Below are positions 37,139 to 47,842 of a stretch of 64,000 nt of DNA, one piece after another. Position numbers and translations under genes: made by a program. The stretch's first letter is position 1. The number at the start of each line of letters is the position of its first letter. This DNA is from Pseudomonadota bacterium (GTDB lineage: Bacteria; Pseudomonadota; Alphaproteobacteria; UBA11222), in NCBI GenBank assembly GCA_049323435.1, contig JBMOMX010000012.1:273625-337624 (forward strand), read 5' to 3'. A model generated the notes under the pieces. That model was not told where the DNA came from and did no database searches. It saw nothing but the letters and a program-made list of their open reading frames with translations.

Positions 37139-37642
37139 TTAAGATTTGCGCGAATATCTCTGGGAAAGCCTTGCGGCGACGGCAGGCGTGGTAAAATCAT
37201 CAACATTGCCGCCCATCCGGGCTATCTCACGGATCAGCTTTGAGGCAATAGCCTGATTGTTTACCTCAGACATCAAAAAAATCGTCTCAACGGCTGGGTT
37301 TAATCGCGCGTTCATACCGGCCATCTGAAACTCGTAATCAAAATCAGCGACCCCGCGCAAGCCCCGTATGATGACGGACGCCCCAACATCGGATGCGAAC
37401 TGCGTCACCAGATTCTTGAAGGGAAGGATTTCAATTTTGGCAACGCCTTTGCCAGTTAACCTGTCAGTTTCCTCACGCATCATGGCGACTCGCTCGTCCA
37501 GTGAGAAAAGCGGACCTTTGTCTTCATTAATGGCTACTGCAATGACAAGCCTGTCAACCAGACGCGCCCCGCGCGTGATGATGTCAATATGCCCGTTATG
37601 AATCGGGTCAAAGGTACCCGGATAAATAGCTGTGCGTTGCAT
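37139..37642 (-). CDS. coaD: pantetheine-phosphate adenylyltransferase
   Basis: AIYPGTFDPIHNGHIDII is the nucleotidyltransferase H.GH motif, and RGLR...DFEYE is present. 167 aa. Confidence 0.92.
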   Translation of the reverse strand: MQRTAIYPGTFDPIHNGHIDIITRGARLVDRLVIAVAINEDKGPLFSLDERVAMMREETDRLTGKGVAKIEILPFKNLVTQFASDVGASVIIRGLRGVADFDYEFQMAGMNARLNPAVETIFLMSEVNNQAIASKLIREIARMGGNVDDFTTPAVAARLSQRYSRKS

Positions 37643-37730
37643 GATCGTTTTTCCGGGCCCTGAATTTTGTTATGGATCCATCGCTTGACTGGAGGGATGT
37701 TTTAGCAATTTAGCGTCCTATATGCCATTA

Positions 37731-40580
37731 TTATTCCCGATTATCCCCGTCCGCATCCTCTTCCGGGGTTTCCGGGGTTTCCGGGGCATCGTCACCGACA
37801 TCCGGCAGATGGGCGGCGCCAACAACGCGTTCGCCCTCGGCTGTGCGCAAAAGCGTAACCCCCTGGGTCATCCGGCCCGCAACGCGAATATCCGCAACAG
37901 GCATCCGGATCAGCTGTCCCCCATCGGTAACCAGCATGACCTGATCTTCCTGTGTCACCGGGAAAGCCGCAACAATGGGGCCATTGCGGGGCGAGACCGC
38001 CATGGCCCAGATGCCCTTGCCGCCACGGCGCGATATCCGGTATTCATAGGCCGAGGAGCGCTTGCCATAGCCATTTTCACTTACGGTGAGGATGAATTGC
38101 TCATAGGCCCCAAGTTCGCCATAGCGCTCAGTGCTGAGTTGCGCTTCTTCGGTATCCATGGCTTCGGCATCTTCTTCTTCACTGGCGGCCAGTTCAGTAT
38201 CCACTTCTTCCGAAGCATCCCCATCCGTGGAACGCCGGATGACAGCAGCCTGACGCAAATAGGAACGGTTTTCAGCCGCGCTTGACTCCACATGCCCCAG
38301 AACCGAGAGCGAAATCACCTTGTCCTCTTCTTCCAGCCTGATCCCCCGCACGCCAACGGAATCCCGTCCCCGGAACAGGCGCACTTCGGATACCGGAAAG
38401 CGGACGGCCTTGCCCTTGCTGCTGGTAAGCAGAATATCGTCGCGATCCGTGCAGATGGCCACGCCGATAATCTCATCCCCAAGCTCAAGCTTCATGGCGA
38501 TTTTGCCATTGGCCTTGACGCTTGCAAAATCCGCCAGTTCATTGCGCCGCACGGTGCCGCTGGCTGTCGCAAACATGATGTTGAGATTTTCCCAGCACGC
38601 CTCATCCGAGGGCAGCGGCATGATCGTCTGAATGGTTTCATCTTCGGCCAGCGGCAGCAGATTGACCATGGGCTTGCCACGCGCCTGCGGTGTCGCCAGC
38701 GGAAGCCGCCAGACTTTCAGCTTGTATACAATCCCCTTGGACGAGAAGAACAATACCGGCGCATGGGTATTGGCGACGAACAGGCTGGTGACGAAATCCT
38801 CTTCCCGCGTGGCCATACCGGACCGGCCCTTGCCCCCCCGGCGCTGCGCGCGATAGGTGGAAAGCGGCACCCGCTTGATGGCGCCTTTATGGGTGACGGT
38901 CACCACCATATCTTCGCTGGTAATCAGATCTTCGTCATCAATATCGTCTGGCGCTTCTACGATCTGGGACCGGCGCGGGGTTGCGAATTCATCGCGCGCG
39001 GCGGTCAGTTCGCTCCGGATGATGGCCAGCACCCGCTCGCGCGAGCGCAGAATGGCCAGATAATCTTCGATTTTTGCCCCTAGCGCCTGTAGTTCAGTGT
39101 CAATTTCTTCACGTCCCAGCGCAGTCAGACGCGCCAGACGCAATTCCAGTATGGCGCGCGACTGCGCCTCACTAAGCCGGTAGGTTCCAGCTTCAGAGAC
39201 CTTGTGCCGGGGATCGGCCACAAGCATCACCAGCGGCCCGACATCCCCCGCCGCCCATTCCTTCGCCATCAGCTGTTCGCGCGCAACGGCAGGACTTGGG
39301 GCCCTGCGGATAAGGGCAATGACTTCGTCAATATTGGCGACCGCTATCGCCAGGCCCACCAAAATATGCGCCCGGTCGCGGGCCTGCCCCAGCTCATAGC
39401 GGGTGCGCCGTGTGACGACAATTTCGCGGAAATCCACAAAGGTGGCGATAAACTGGCGCAAATTCATCACTTCAGGACGCTCGCCAACCAGCGCCAGCAT
39501 ATTTGCCCCGAAGCTGGTCTGTAATAATGTATGCCGGTAGAGCTGGTTCAGCACCACATCCGCCATGGCGTCGTGGCGGATTTCAATCACGACGCGCATG
39601 CCCGTGCGATCCGACTCATCACGCATTTCCGATATGCCTTCGATGCGCTTTTCACGCACCAGTTCCGCAATACGTTCGATCAATACAGCCTTGTTTATCT
39701 GATAGGGCAGCTCGGTAATGATCAGGGCTTCACGGTCCTTGCGGATTGGCTCGACATGCACGCGCCCGCGCATAATGATCGAACCCCGCCCTGTCTGATA
39801 GGCGGAACGCGCCCCGCTTTGCCCCAGAATCAACCCGCCGGTGGGAAAATCCGGCCCGGGAATAATTTCCATCAACTGCGCCACGCTGATGTCGGGCGTC
39901 TCAATATAGGCCAGACAGCCGTCAATGACCTCGCCCAGATTATGCGGCGGAATATTGGTGGCCATGCCCACCGCAATACCCCCCGCGCCATTGACCAGCA
40001 GATTGGGAAAACGCGCCGGCAGCACCACCGGCTCACGTTCCGAACCGTCATAATTGGGCCGGAAATTGACCGTATCCTTATCCAGATCATCCAGCAGCGC
40101 ATGGGCGGGTTTCGCCATGCGCACCTCGGTATAGCGCATGGCGGCAGGCGGATCGCCATCGACCGAGCCGAAATTGCCCTGCCCGTCAATCAGCGGCAGG
40201 CGCATGGAAAATTCCTGCACCATACGCACCAGCGCATCGTAAATGGATTGATCGCCATGCGGGTGGTATTTACCGATGACATCGCCCACAACGCGCGCCG
40301 ATTTGCGGTAGGGGCGGTTCCAGTCATATTTGTTCTCGTTCATCGAGTACAAAATGCGCCGGTGCACCGGCTTCAACCCATCGCGCGCATCAGGCAGCGC
40401 GCGCGACACGATCACGCTCATGGCGTAATCGAGATAGGAGGTCTGCATTTCCTGCTCGATGGCGATGGGGCGAATATCGTCATCCGTGCCGCGCGCGCCA
40501 CCGCCCTGCCCCTGATTGGGGGGAAGGCCGGCGCCGTTATCCGGGCCCGTTTCTGGTGTATCGTCTGGTGTGTCGGACAA
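37731..40580 (-). CDS. gyrA: DNA gyrase subunit A
   Basis: [42 protein letters not shown] (QRDR) and AAMRYTE (catalytic Tyr) are present. It has an acidic insert and an acidic C-terminal tail. 949 aa. Confidence 0.95.
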   Translation of the reverse strand: MSDTPDDTPETGPDNGAGLPPNQGQGGGARGTDDDIRPIAIEQEMQTSYLDYAMSVIVSRALPDARDGLKPVHRRILYSMNENKYDWNRPYRKSARVVGDVIGKYHPHGDQSIYDALVRMVQEFSMRLPLIDGQGNFGSVDGDPPAAMRYTEVRMAKPAHALLDDLDKDTVNFRPNYDGSEREPVVLPARFPNLLVNGAGGIAVGMATNIPPHNLGEVIDGCLAYIETPDISVAQLMEIIPGPDFPTGGLILGQSGARSAYQTGRGSIIMRGRVHVEPIRKDREALIITELPYQINKAVLIERIAELVREKRIEGISEMRDESDRTGMRVVIEIRHDAMADVVLNQLYRHTLLQTSFGANMLALVGERPEVMNLRQFIATFVDFREIVVTRRTRYELGQARDRAHILVGLAIAVANIDEVIALIRRAPSPAVAREQLMAKEWAAGDVGPLVMLVADPRHKVSEAGTYRLSEAQSRAILELRLARLTALGREEIDTELQALGAKIEDYLAILRSRERVLAIIRSELTAARDEFATPRRSQIVEAPDDIDDEDLITSEDMVVTVTHKGAIKRVPLSTYRAQRRGGKGRSGMATREEDFVTSLFVANTHAPVLFFSSKGIVYKLKVWRLPLATPQARGKPMVNLLPLAEDETIQTIMPLPSDEACWENLNIMFATASGTVRRNELADFASVKANGKIAMKLELGDEIIGVAICTDRDDILLTSSKGKAVRFPVSEVRLFRGRDSVGVRGIRLEEEDKVISLSVLGHVESSAAENRSYLRQAAVIRRSTDGDASEEVDTELAASEEEDAEAMDTEEAQLSTERYGELGAYEQFILTVSENGYGKRSSAYEYRISRRGGKGIWAMAVSPRNGPIVAAFPVTQEDQVMLVTDGGQLIRMPVADIRVAGRMTQGVTLLRTAEGERVVGAAHLPDVGDDAPETPETPEEDADGDNRE

Positions 40581-40742
40581 GTTGCGGGCTACCGGTGCAA
40601 AAGCGCAGAATTCTTATGAAAATATGGGAATCAGCGGAGCTGTTTCTGACGCATATTCTACGCTGAATCCGCTACCCATCCCAGCTTTTTTATCACTGAT
40701 TCATTGACCGGTCGCATCCGGCGTTACGCGAATGAAACCGGC

Positions 40743-40988
40743 TCAGCCGCCCTTGATGGCGGGCAGGAAGAATACTTCGCTGTCGGGCTTGATCGGGTTC
40801 AGCCAGGGATCGGGAATGATTTCATTGTCGATGGCGATGGCGCCCGCCTCCAGCTGTTCGCCGATGCCGGGAAACATGTCATCCAGCGTGCGGATCAGAT
40901 GCCGCACATTTCTGACATCCAGATCAAAATGCGTCTGGCCGCCGGCATATTGGCGGCCAAACTCATCTCCGAGCACTATACGCGCCAT
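40743..40988 (-). CDS. MoaD/ThiS-family ubiquitin-like small protein (C-terminal Gly-Gly)
   Basis: 81 aa from the internal ATG, ending ...FFLPAIKGG-stop. It has the size and periodicity of a beta-grasp protein. It lies 16 nt downstream of the Mo-hydroxylase large subunit. Confidence 0.65.
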   Translation of the reverse strand: MARIVLGDEFGRQYAGGQTHFDLDVRNVRHLIRTLDDMFPGIGEQLEAGAIAIDNEIIPDPWLNPIKPDSEVFFLPAIKGG

Positions 40989-41004
40989 TGCGGCGCACCC
41001 GCCC

Positions 41005-43275
41005 CTATTTCTTCGCGTCGATCGCCGCCAGGATTTTTGGCGGCGACATTGGAAGATCGAACAGGCGCGCGCCCGTGGCCCGCGCAATGGCGTTGGCAAT
41101 CGCGCCAAGCGGCGGCACGATCGGCACTTCACCCACGCCGCGCACCCCGAACGGATGGCCGGGGTTCGGCACCTCAAGGATCAGCGTATCAATCATCGGC
41201 AGGTCCGAGGCCACCGGAATCCGGTAATCCAGAAAGCCCGAATTCTGCATCCGTCCATCTGCGCCGTAAATATATTCCTCGTTCAGCGCCCAGCCGATTC
41301 CCTGCGCAACGCCGCCCTGAATCTGACCCTCGACATAGCTGGGATGAATGGCCTTGCCGGCATCCTGCGCCGCGACATATCGCAGCACGGTCACGCCGCC
41401 GGTTTCCGGATCGACCTCCACGTCGCAAATATGCACGCCGAAGGCCGGCCCTGCGCCGCCCGCATTGATCGCGGCGCTGCCGACCAGCGGCCCGCCGGTG
41501 CGAGATGCCTTGGCGGCGATCTGCGCCAGTGACAGCGGCTTTTGATTGTCCGCCGTGCTGCCTGGGGCGGGACGGGCATGGCCGTCTTCCCAGATCACCG
41601 AATCCACATCCACTTCCCACATTTTCGCGACCCGCTCGCGGCATTGCTTCACCACGGATTCCGCCGCCTCGATGATGGCCATGCCGGTGGCGAAGGTGAC
41701 GCGCGAGCCATGCGTGATTTCGCAGAAGCCAACCGCCGATGTGTCGCCGACAATGGGGCGCACCTTGGCATAATCAATGCCCAGCACCTCGGCCGCCATC
41801 TGCGCCATGGAGGCGCGCGAGCCGCCAATATCCGGGCTGCCGGTCATGATGGTAGCGGTGCCGTCTTCGGCGATATTTACGATCGCGCTGGACTGGCCGC
41901 CCAGATTGAACCAGAAACCGGCGGCAAGCCCGCGCCCCTGATTGGGGCCTAGCGGGATTTTGTTGATCGGATGATTTTGAATAGCCTTCAGGCATTCCAG
42001 ATTGCCCACAGCCTTTAATTTCGGGCCATAGACCATCTGTGTGCCTTCCTTGCTGCCGTTCTTGATCCGGATTTCCATCGGATCAATGTTCAGCTTCTGG
42101 GAAATTTCGTCGATAATGCTTTCGACGGCAAAGGAGGCCAGCGGCGCGCCCGGCGCGCGATAGGAATAGCAGAGCGGCCGGTTGGTGACCGCCTCATAGC
42201 CCACCACCTGTAAATTCGCCAGCGCATAAGGCCCGAACGCCGCCATGCAGGCCGGCCCCACCGGCGAACCGGGAAATGCGCCCGCCTGATAGCGGAACTC
42301 ACCCGTTGCCGCCACCAGCGTGCCGTCTTTCTTGGCGCCGATCTTGACATCGATAGATGTGCCGGGCGCCGGGCCGGTGGCGCGGAATACTTCGTCGCGG
42401 CTCATGACGATACGCACCGGGCGTTCCGCCTTGCGCGCCAGCAATACCGCTGTCGGTTCGATAAACACGATGGTCTTGCCGCCAAAGCCGCCGCCAATTT
42501 CCATCGGCATGACACGGACCTGCGCCACTTCCATCTTCAGCAGCCTTGCGGTCATTGCGCGCACCATGAAATGGCCCTGGCTGGAGCACCAGACCCGGCA
42601 CTGACCATCCTCGCTCCATTCCGCCACCACCGCGTGCGGCTCGATATAGCCCTGATGCACGGCCTTGGTCTTGAAGCTGCGTTCAACCACAATGTCCGCA
42701 TCCTTGAACGCGGCATTGGCGTCGCCCAGCGCCATCTGAATACGCTGCACCACATTGGACGGCTTTTCGGGTTTCGGATTAACGCCCGTGGTGAAAATAT
42801 CCTCATGCAGCAACGGCGCGCCGGGCTGCATTGATTCATCGACATCAATGACATGCGGCAGCACTTCGTACTTTACATCAATCAATGCCAGCGCCTCTTC
42901 GGCGATGGCGGCGCTGGTTGCGGCAACCGCCGCCACCGCATGGCCGTCATACAGCACCTTGCCGCGCGCCATGATGTTGGACGACAGATAATGGAAATTG
43001 ACGCCTTCATCGCCCGGCAGAACGCCATTATGCATCGCCGGAAAATCCTTCGCGGTTATCACGGCCTTGACGCCCGCCAGCTTCTCGGCTTTTGACGTGT
43101 CAATCGACAGGATTTTCGCATGGGCGTGCGGGCTGCGCAGAATGCGCCCGGTCAACTGGCCCGCCAGATTAATGTCCGCGCCATAATTGGCGCGCCCGGT
43201 TACCTTGTCCACGCCGTCGGGACGAACCGGGCGGGTGCCCACCCATTTGAATTGCTTGCCTTCATATCCGGCCAT
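41005..43275 (-). CDS. xanthine dehydrogenase/aldehyde oxidase family molybdopterin-binding large subunit
   Basis: 756 aa. KVTGRANYGADI, the GGGFGGK block and a C-terminal dimerisation region are present. The active-site loop reads CYSYRAPGAP, which is not a CO-dehydrogenase signature. Confidence 0.9.
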   Translation of the reverse strand: MAGYEGKQFKWVGTRPVRPDGVDKVTGRANYGADINLAGQLTGRILRSPHAHAKILSIDTSKAEKLAGVKAVITAKDFPAMHNGVLPGDEGVNFHYLSSNIMARGKVLYDGHAVAAVAATSAAIAEEALALIDVKYEVLPHVIDVDESMQPGAPLLHEDIFTTGVNPKPEKPSNVVQRIQMALGDANAAFKDADIVVERSFKTKAVHQGYIEPHAVVAEWSEDGQCRVWCSSQGHFMVRAMTARLLKMEVAQVRVMPMEIGGGFGGKTIVFIEPTAVLLARKAERPVRIVMSRDEVFRATGPAPGTSIDVKIGAKKDGTLVAATGEFRYQAGAFPGSPVGPACMAAFGPYALANLQVVGYEAVTNRPLCYSYRAPGAPLASFAVESIIDEISQKLNIDPMEIRIKNGSKEGTQMVYGPKLKAVGNLECLKAIQNHPINKIPLGPNQGRGLAAGFWFNLGGQSSAIVNIAEDGTATIMTGSPDIGGSRASMAQMAAEVLGIDYAKVRPIVGDTSAVGFCEITHGSRVTFATGMAIIEAAESVVKQCRERVAKMWEVDVDSVIWEDGHARPAPGSTADNQKPLSLAQIAAKASRTGGPLVGSAAINAGGAGPAFGVHICDVEVDPETGGVTVLRYVAAQDAGKAIHPSYVEGQIQGGVAQGIGWALNEEYIYGADGRMQNSGFLDYRIPVASDLPMIDTLILEVPNPGHPFGVRGVGEVPIVPPLGAIANAIARATGARLFDLPMSPPKILAAIDAKK

Positions 43276-43754
43276 TATTTCGCTCCTCTCATGTCAGCGG
43301 CTGTTTCCAGCACCGCGCGGATGATTTTGTCATAACCGGTGCAGCGGCACAGATTGCCGGCCAGCCAGTAACGGGCCTCGCTCTCGGTCGGGTTGGGATT
43401 ATTCTCCAGCAGCGCCTTGGCCGCCACCAGAAAGCCCGGCGTGCAGAAGCCGCATTGCAGCGCCGCCGCCTCCAGGAATTTCTGTTGCAGCGGGTGCAGC
43501 GTCTCGCCCTCGGTCATGTTTTCGATGGTCTCAACCGAACGGCCCTGCATCTCGACGCCCAGCACCAGACACGAACAGACCAGCCGCCCGTCCAGCGTCA
43601 CGCTGCATGCGCCGCAATCGCCCGAGGAGCAGCCTTCCTTGCTGCCGGTCAGGTTCAGTTCATCGCGCAGCACATCCAGAAGGGTCTGTTTGGGGTCGCA
43701 CAGATATTCGACCGCCTCGCCGTTTACTGTCGCAGTAATATGAAATTTGCTCAT
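43275..43754 (-). CDS. (2Fe-2S)-binding small subunit of the Mo-hydroxylase
   Basis: GCSSGDCGACSV and CGFCTPG...C.C.GY are the two 2Fe-2S motifs. 159 aa. Confidence 0.92.
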   Translation of the reverse strand: MSKFHITATVNGEAVEYLCDPKQTLLDVLRDELNLTGSKEGCSSGDCGACSVTLDGRLVCSCLVLGVEMQGRSVETIENMTEGETLHPLQQKFLEAAALQCGFCTPGFLVAAKALLENNPNPTESEARYWLAGNLCRCTGYDKIIRAVLETAADMRGAK

Positions 43755-44626
43755 GTGTTGCTCCGGGCGCGATCTCGCGCGATAACGGCCGCACGGCGCA
43801 CCAAGACGCCCGCAACCTTGGTTCGATATTCAATGGTTCCACGTTTATCGGCAATGGGCTTGCACGCGCCTGAGGCCGCCGCCGCCAGATTGGCCAGCGC
43901 CGCATCATCGACCTTGCTTCCCACGAGGCTTTTCGCCGCCGTATCCACCAGCAGCACGGTGGGCGCCACCGCAGCCAGCGAAACCCGCGCAGCCGTACAG
44001 ACGCCCGATGCGTCCAGCGTCAGATTGACCGCCGCCCCGACAATGGCGATATCCATTTCGGTGCGCGGGATCATGCGCAGATAAGCATCGCCGGAAAGTT
44101 TCCCGCGCGGCGGCAGTTTGAACGCCACCACAAATTCACCCTTGGCCAGCGAAGTCTTGCCGGGCGACACCGGCACCTGTTCCACCGGAATTTCACGCCG
44201 CCCGTTCGGCCCTGCAATGACGGCAATCGCAGCCGCCGCCACCAGTGCCGGCGTGCAATCCCCGGCAGGTGAGGCATTACACAGATTGCCCCCCGGTGTG
44301 GCGCGGCCCTGAATCTGTGTGGAGCCGATCAGCTCCATCCCCTCGACAAAACCCGGCCAGGCTTTCGCCAGTTCCTTATGCTCGCCGATCTCCGCGCCAG
44401 TGACCGCCGCCCCGATGACAAACCCGCTGGCGGCACTGCCGCCGATCTGGCGCAGTTCGCCGATCCGCTTGATATCCACGACCAGATCGGGGTTTGCCGC
44501 GCCGGACCGCAATTGCACCAGCAGGTCGGTCCCGCCCGCCAGCACCCTTGCACTGCCCTTCGCCCCTGCCAGCAATCCCACCGCCGCATCTACCGTGGTG
44601 GGTGCCTCATATTGAAATCCGCTCAT
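43751..44626 (-). CDS. FAD-binding medium subunit of the Mo-hydroxylase (CoxM/XdhB-like)
   Basis: LAGGTDLLVQL, the ATPGGNLCNASPAGD block and a C-terminal CO-dehydrogenase flavoprotein-like domain are present. 291 aa. Confidence 0.9.
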   Translation of the reverse strand: MSGFQYEAPTTVDAAVGLLAGAKGSARVLAGGTDLLVQLRSGAANPDLVVDIKRIGELRQIGGSAASGFVIGAAVTGAEIGEHKELAKAWPGFVEGMELIGSTQIQGRATPGGNLCNASPAGDCTPALVAAAAIAVIAGPNGRREIPVEQVPVSPGKTSLAKGEFVVAFKLPPRGKLSGDAYLRMIPRTEMDIAIVGAAVNLTLDASGVCTAARVSLAAVAPTVLLVDTAAKSLVGSKVDDAALANLAAAASGACKPIADKRGTIEYRTKVAGVLVRRAAVIARDRARSNT

Positions 44627-44862
44627 TCCCGCTCCCTGCTTTTAAGGTGCATGCACCTTCGTGTGCTTATCCGTTAGGGGCATTATAGACATTTTTCCCC
44701 ACAGCGCCAGCAGTGTGACGGCCATCACAAATGCGTGTTTTTACTCCCTTGGGCGTATTGATTTGATTTTGATCAAGGTGCAACACTCACATTGTTGATA
44801 GAATCAATTTGCTCATAATGTCTGTCACAGACAAGCCTTTGACAGGTCATTGATGGGCCGAT

Positions 44863-45786
44863 GTGGACACCCGTTGCACCACTTGTGGCGCTGTCTATGT
44901 CGGCACCCCAAATGCCGATACCGTCGCCGTGACCTGGAACAATGTCGGTTATTTTAGTGGGCACTCAAATCTGACCAATAATTTCCAGCTGCTGTTGCGC
45001 AATCAGGGGGCGGGTAATTTCGATATCGAGTTCCGTTATGACCGCCTGCAATGGACCACCGGCGACGCCAGCGGCGGTTCTGGCGGATTCGGCGGCACAC
45101 CGGCCCAGGCCGGTTTCGATGCCGGCGATCTGACGAATTTCTTCACGCTGCCAGGGTCGCGTACCGCCGCGGTTCTTGATCTGGACAATACCAGCAACGT
45201 GTCACCGGACACGCCGGGTCTGTGGTCGTTTGCCATTCGTTCGGGCGCGGTCCCCGGATCGACGCCGGATAACCCGCTGATGCCTGTTGTGGTAGATGAA
45301 GGCTTCAATTTCAACTTCAACGTGGTGTTGAATCAGCGGCGATTTATCGATCCGATCATCGCTATCGGTTATGATTATATCATCAATAGCGGCCCGAACT
45401 TCATCAGCGTCACTTTACCCGATATTGGCGACGGCATATACAACATCCTGGGGGGCGCACTGTTTGACGTGATTCTAGGAACTGTGGATGTTTCGTTGAA
45501 TGACACCTTCACCTTTGCTTCAGGTGGCGTTAACCGCTTCCGTGTGCTCGGGATCGAGACCTCGGCAATGCTGGACCCCAACAATCCCACCGCGTTCGTT
45601 ACCGGCCTGACTTTTAACGGCACCGGAAACGTCAACTTGAACATGAACCCGGTTACCCTGAATATCCCCGATCCACAGAATATTCCTGAACCCGTGACCT
45701 TGTCCTTTCTTGGCGCAGGTTTGGCGGGTATCACCTTCATGCGCCGCCAGGCACAACGCAAAGAGACGTTCAAACTTGCCGCGTAA
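44863..45786 (+). CDS. NIDO (nidogen-like) domain protein with PEP-CTERM sorting signal; apparently 5'-truncated, possibly a pseudogene
   Basis: The NIDO core is VTWNNVGYF...NFQLLLRNQGAGNFDIEFRYDRLQWTTGDASGG. The C-terminus is PEPVTLSFLGAGLAGITFMRRQ (PEP motif, TM helix, basic cluster). There is no signal peptide, and an in-frame TGA at 44851-44853 sits directly before codons W-A-D-V-D-T-R. Confidence 0.6.
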   Translation: MDTRCTTCGAVYVGTPNADTVAVTWNNVGYFSGHSNLTNNFQLLLRNQGAGNFDIEFRYDRLQWTTGDASGGSGGFGGTPAQAGFDAGDLTNFFTLPGSRTAAVLDLDNTSNVSPDTPGLWSFAIRSGAVPGSTPDNPLMPVVVDEGFNFNFNVVLNQRRFIDPIIAIGYDYIINSGPNFISVTLPDIGDGIYNILGGALFDVILGTVDVSLNDTFTFASGGVNRFRVLGIETSAMLDPNNPTAFVTGLTFNGTGNVNLNMNPVTLNIPDPQNIPEPVTLSFLGAGLAGITFMRRQAQRKETFKLAA

Positions 45787-45793
45787 TTTATCT

Positions 45794-46351
45794 TTGTACA
45801 AACCTAGGGACGGCGCGCCGGTTCACCCGGCGCGCTTTTCCTGTATTGCGTTTGTTGCGCTGGCTTTTCTGTGTGCCATGCCCGCGCCCGCAAATGCGGA
45901 AGCAAATCCGCCGCAAAAATTTGGCGCCTGGAGCGTCGAATGCAAACCCCGCGTTACAAACAGTGAAAACCCCTGTGTCGCCAGTCAGATCGTGGCGGCT
46001 GACGCCGCCGCCAAACAGGTCGTCCTAGGCGTCATGGTCGCCCCCACCCCCGGCGAGACCTTGCCGCATATCATTTTCCGTTTCAGCCCGGGCGCCAACA
46101 TAAAAGCGGGAGCCGGCGTCAAGATCGACCAGCAGGAAGCGTTTCGCATACCCATCACCCAGTGCGACACCCATATCTGCGAAGTGCGTTCGCTTATGCC
46201 TGAAGCGCTGCTGAGCCAGATGCGTTCTGGCAAATTGCTGCTATTTGCCTATTTTCTGGAAAAGCAGCAGATGACCACTCCGGTGCCCCTCGACGGTTTC
46301 GACGCCGCATTTGCAGCCCTGCAAAAAACGCCCCCCGCTTTAGGTAACTAA
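45794..46351 (+). CDS. invasion-associated locus B (IalB) family periplasmic protein
   Basis: [10 protein letters not shown]...NPCVASQ...[11 protein letters not shown] is IalB-like. A signal peptide ends ...AMPAPANA. The start is uncertain: a TTG at 45794 is proposed, while the track ORF starts at 45710, inside the upstream gene. Confidence 0.72.
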   Translation: MYKPRDGAPVHPARFSCIAFVALAFLCAMPAPANAEANPPQKFGAWSVECKPRVTNSENPCVASQIVAADAAAKQVVLGVMVAPTPGETLPHIIFRFSPGANIKAGAGVKIDQQEAFRIPITQCDTHICEVRSLMPEALLSQMRSGKLLLFAYFLEKQQMTTPVPLDGFDAAFAALQKTPPALGN

Positions 46352-47842
46352 AACCCGTTTCACCGCATCGCGCCAGCCCGCATAGCGTTCCTCACGTTCA
46401 ACCACTGGCATTACGGGTTCAAAGCGCAGGTCAAAGCGCCAGTTGGCGGCCATCGCCGCATGCGATGCGTATAACCCGGCATGAACGCCCGCCACGATCG
46501 CCACGCCCTGCGCGGTGGTTTCCAGAATGGCCGAGCGTTCCACCGGCAGGCCGGTCATGTCGGCAAGGAATTGCATCGCCCAGTCATTCGCCGCCATGCC
46601 GCCATCGACACGCAGCACCGATGGCATCACTGCGCCCGCCTTGTGAACATCCGCCGCCATGGCCTGCAACAGATCGCTTGTCTGATAACCCACGGCTTCC
46701 AACCCGGCGCGGACAATTTCGGCGACGCCGGTGTCGCGCGTCATGCCCATTATCGCGCCGCGCGCAGCCGCGTCCCAATAAGGCGCGCCAAGCCCGGTGA
46801 AGGCCGGCACCAGATAGACCCGCGCATCCGGATTGGCCTGCTCCGCCAGCGCCTGACTATCGGCGGTGTTAGCCAACATGCGTGCGCCATCGCGCAGCCA
46901 TTGCAGTGTCGCCCCGGCCATAAAGATGCTGCCTTCCAGCGCAAAATTCGTCTGGCCGCCAATGCGGTAAGCAGGCGTGGTCAGCAGCCGGTTGCCGGAC
47001 GCCACACGCCGCGCCCCCGTATTCAGCATTACAAAACAGCCGGTGCCATAGGTGGCTTTCATCATGCCCTCATTCAGGCAGCCCTGCCCGATCAGCGCCG
47101 CCTGCTGATCGCCCGCCACGCCGCAGACGGGAATGGGCGCGCCAAAATGTTCTTGCGCGCACAGGCCATAATCGCCATCGCTGGCGCGCACCTCCGGCAG
47201 CAGCTGGCGCGGAATGCCGAACAGATACAGAAGCCGGTCATCCCAGCGTCCCGTCTCTATATTGAACAACAAAGTGCGGCTGGCATTGGTGACATCGGTG
47301 GCGTGCACCGCGCCGCCGGTCAGGTTCCAGATCAGCCAGCTATCAATCGTGCCAAAGGCCAGTTCGCCGCGCTTGGCCCGTTCGCGCGCGCCGGGAACCG
47401 TGTCCAAAAGCCATTTCAGCTTGCTGGCCGAAAAATAGGGATCGAGCAGCAGACCGCTCGCCGCCTGCGCCATCGCCTCATGCCCGCCCGCCTTCAGATC
47501 GGCGCATAGATCCGCCGTGCGCCGATCCTGCCAGACAATCGCGTTATAGAGCGGCACGCCGGTTTTGCGGTCCCACAGAATAGTGGTTTCGCGCTGATTG
47601 GTGATGCCAATGCCCGCCACCTGCCCGGCGGTAATGCCCGTGCCTTGCATCACCTCGCGGCACACCGCCAGCACATCGCGCCAGATGATGTTCGCATCAT
47701 GCTCCACCCAGCCGGGCTGCGGAAATATCTGCGGCAATTGCCGTTGCGCCATGCCGCTGGGACGGCCCGCCGCATCAAACAGCATGGCGCGGCTGCTGGT
47801 CGTGCCCTGGTCGATGGCGAGGATGTAGCGGTTACCGGACAC
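46340..47842 (-). CDS. glpK: glycerol kinase
   Basis: [22 protein letters not shown] and GDQQAAL are GlpK motifs. 500 aa with a GTG start. Confidence 0.94.
   Translation of the reverse strand: MSGNRYILAIDQGTTSSRAMLFDAAGRPSGMAQRQLPQIFPQPGWVEHDANIIWRDVLAVCREVMQGTGITAGQVAGIGITNQRETTILWDRKTGVPLYNAIVWQDRRTADLCADLKAGGHEAMAQAASGLLLDPYFSASKLKWLLDTVPGARERAKRGELAFGTIDSWLIWNLTGGAVHATDVTNASRTLLFNIETGRWDDRLLYLFGIPRQLLPEVRASDGDYGLCAQEHFGAPIPVCGVAGDQQAALIGQGCLNEGMMKATYGTGCFVMLNTGARRVASGNRLLTTPAYRIGGQTNFALEGSIFMAGATLQWLRDGARMLANTADSQALAEQANPDARVYLVPAFTGLGAPYWDAAARGAIMGMTRDTGVAEIVRAGLEAVGYQTSDLLQAMAADVHKAGAVMPSVLRVDGGMAANDWAMQFLADMTGLPVERSAILETTAQGVAIVAGVHAGLYASHAAMAANWRFDLRFEPVMPVVEREERYAGWRDAVKRVLVT

Noticed and set aside
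41005-44626. Aerobic carbon monoxide dehydrogenase (coxMSL).
   Set aside because: The gene order matches cox, but the large-subunit loop reads CYSYRAPGAP. This matches neither the form I (AYRCSFR-type) nor the form II (AYRGAGR-type) signature as I remember them. No cox accessory genes are adjacent.
44851-44853. Programmed TGA read-through or selenocysteine at the stop preceding WADVDTR in the NIDO gene.
   Set aside because: The upstream in-frame sequence has three more stops within 140 nt and encodes no signal peptide or NIDO-like residues. Read-through would not restore a sensible protein.
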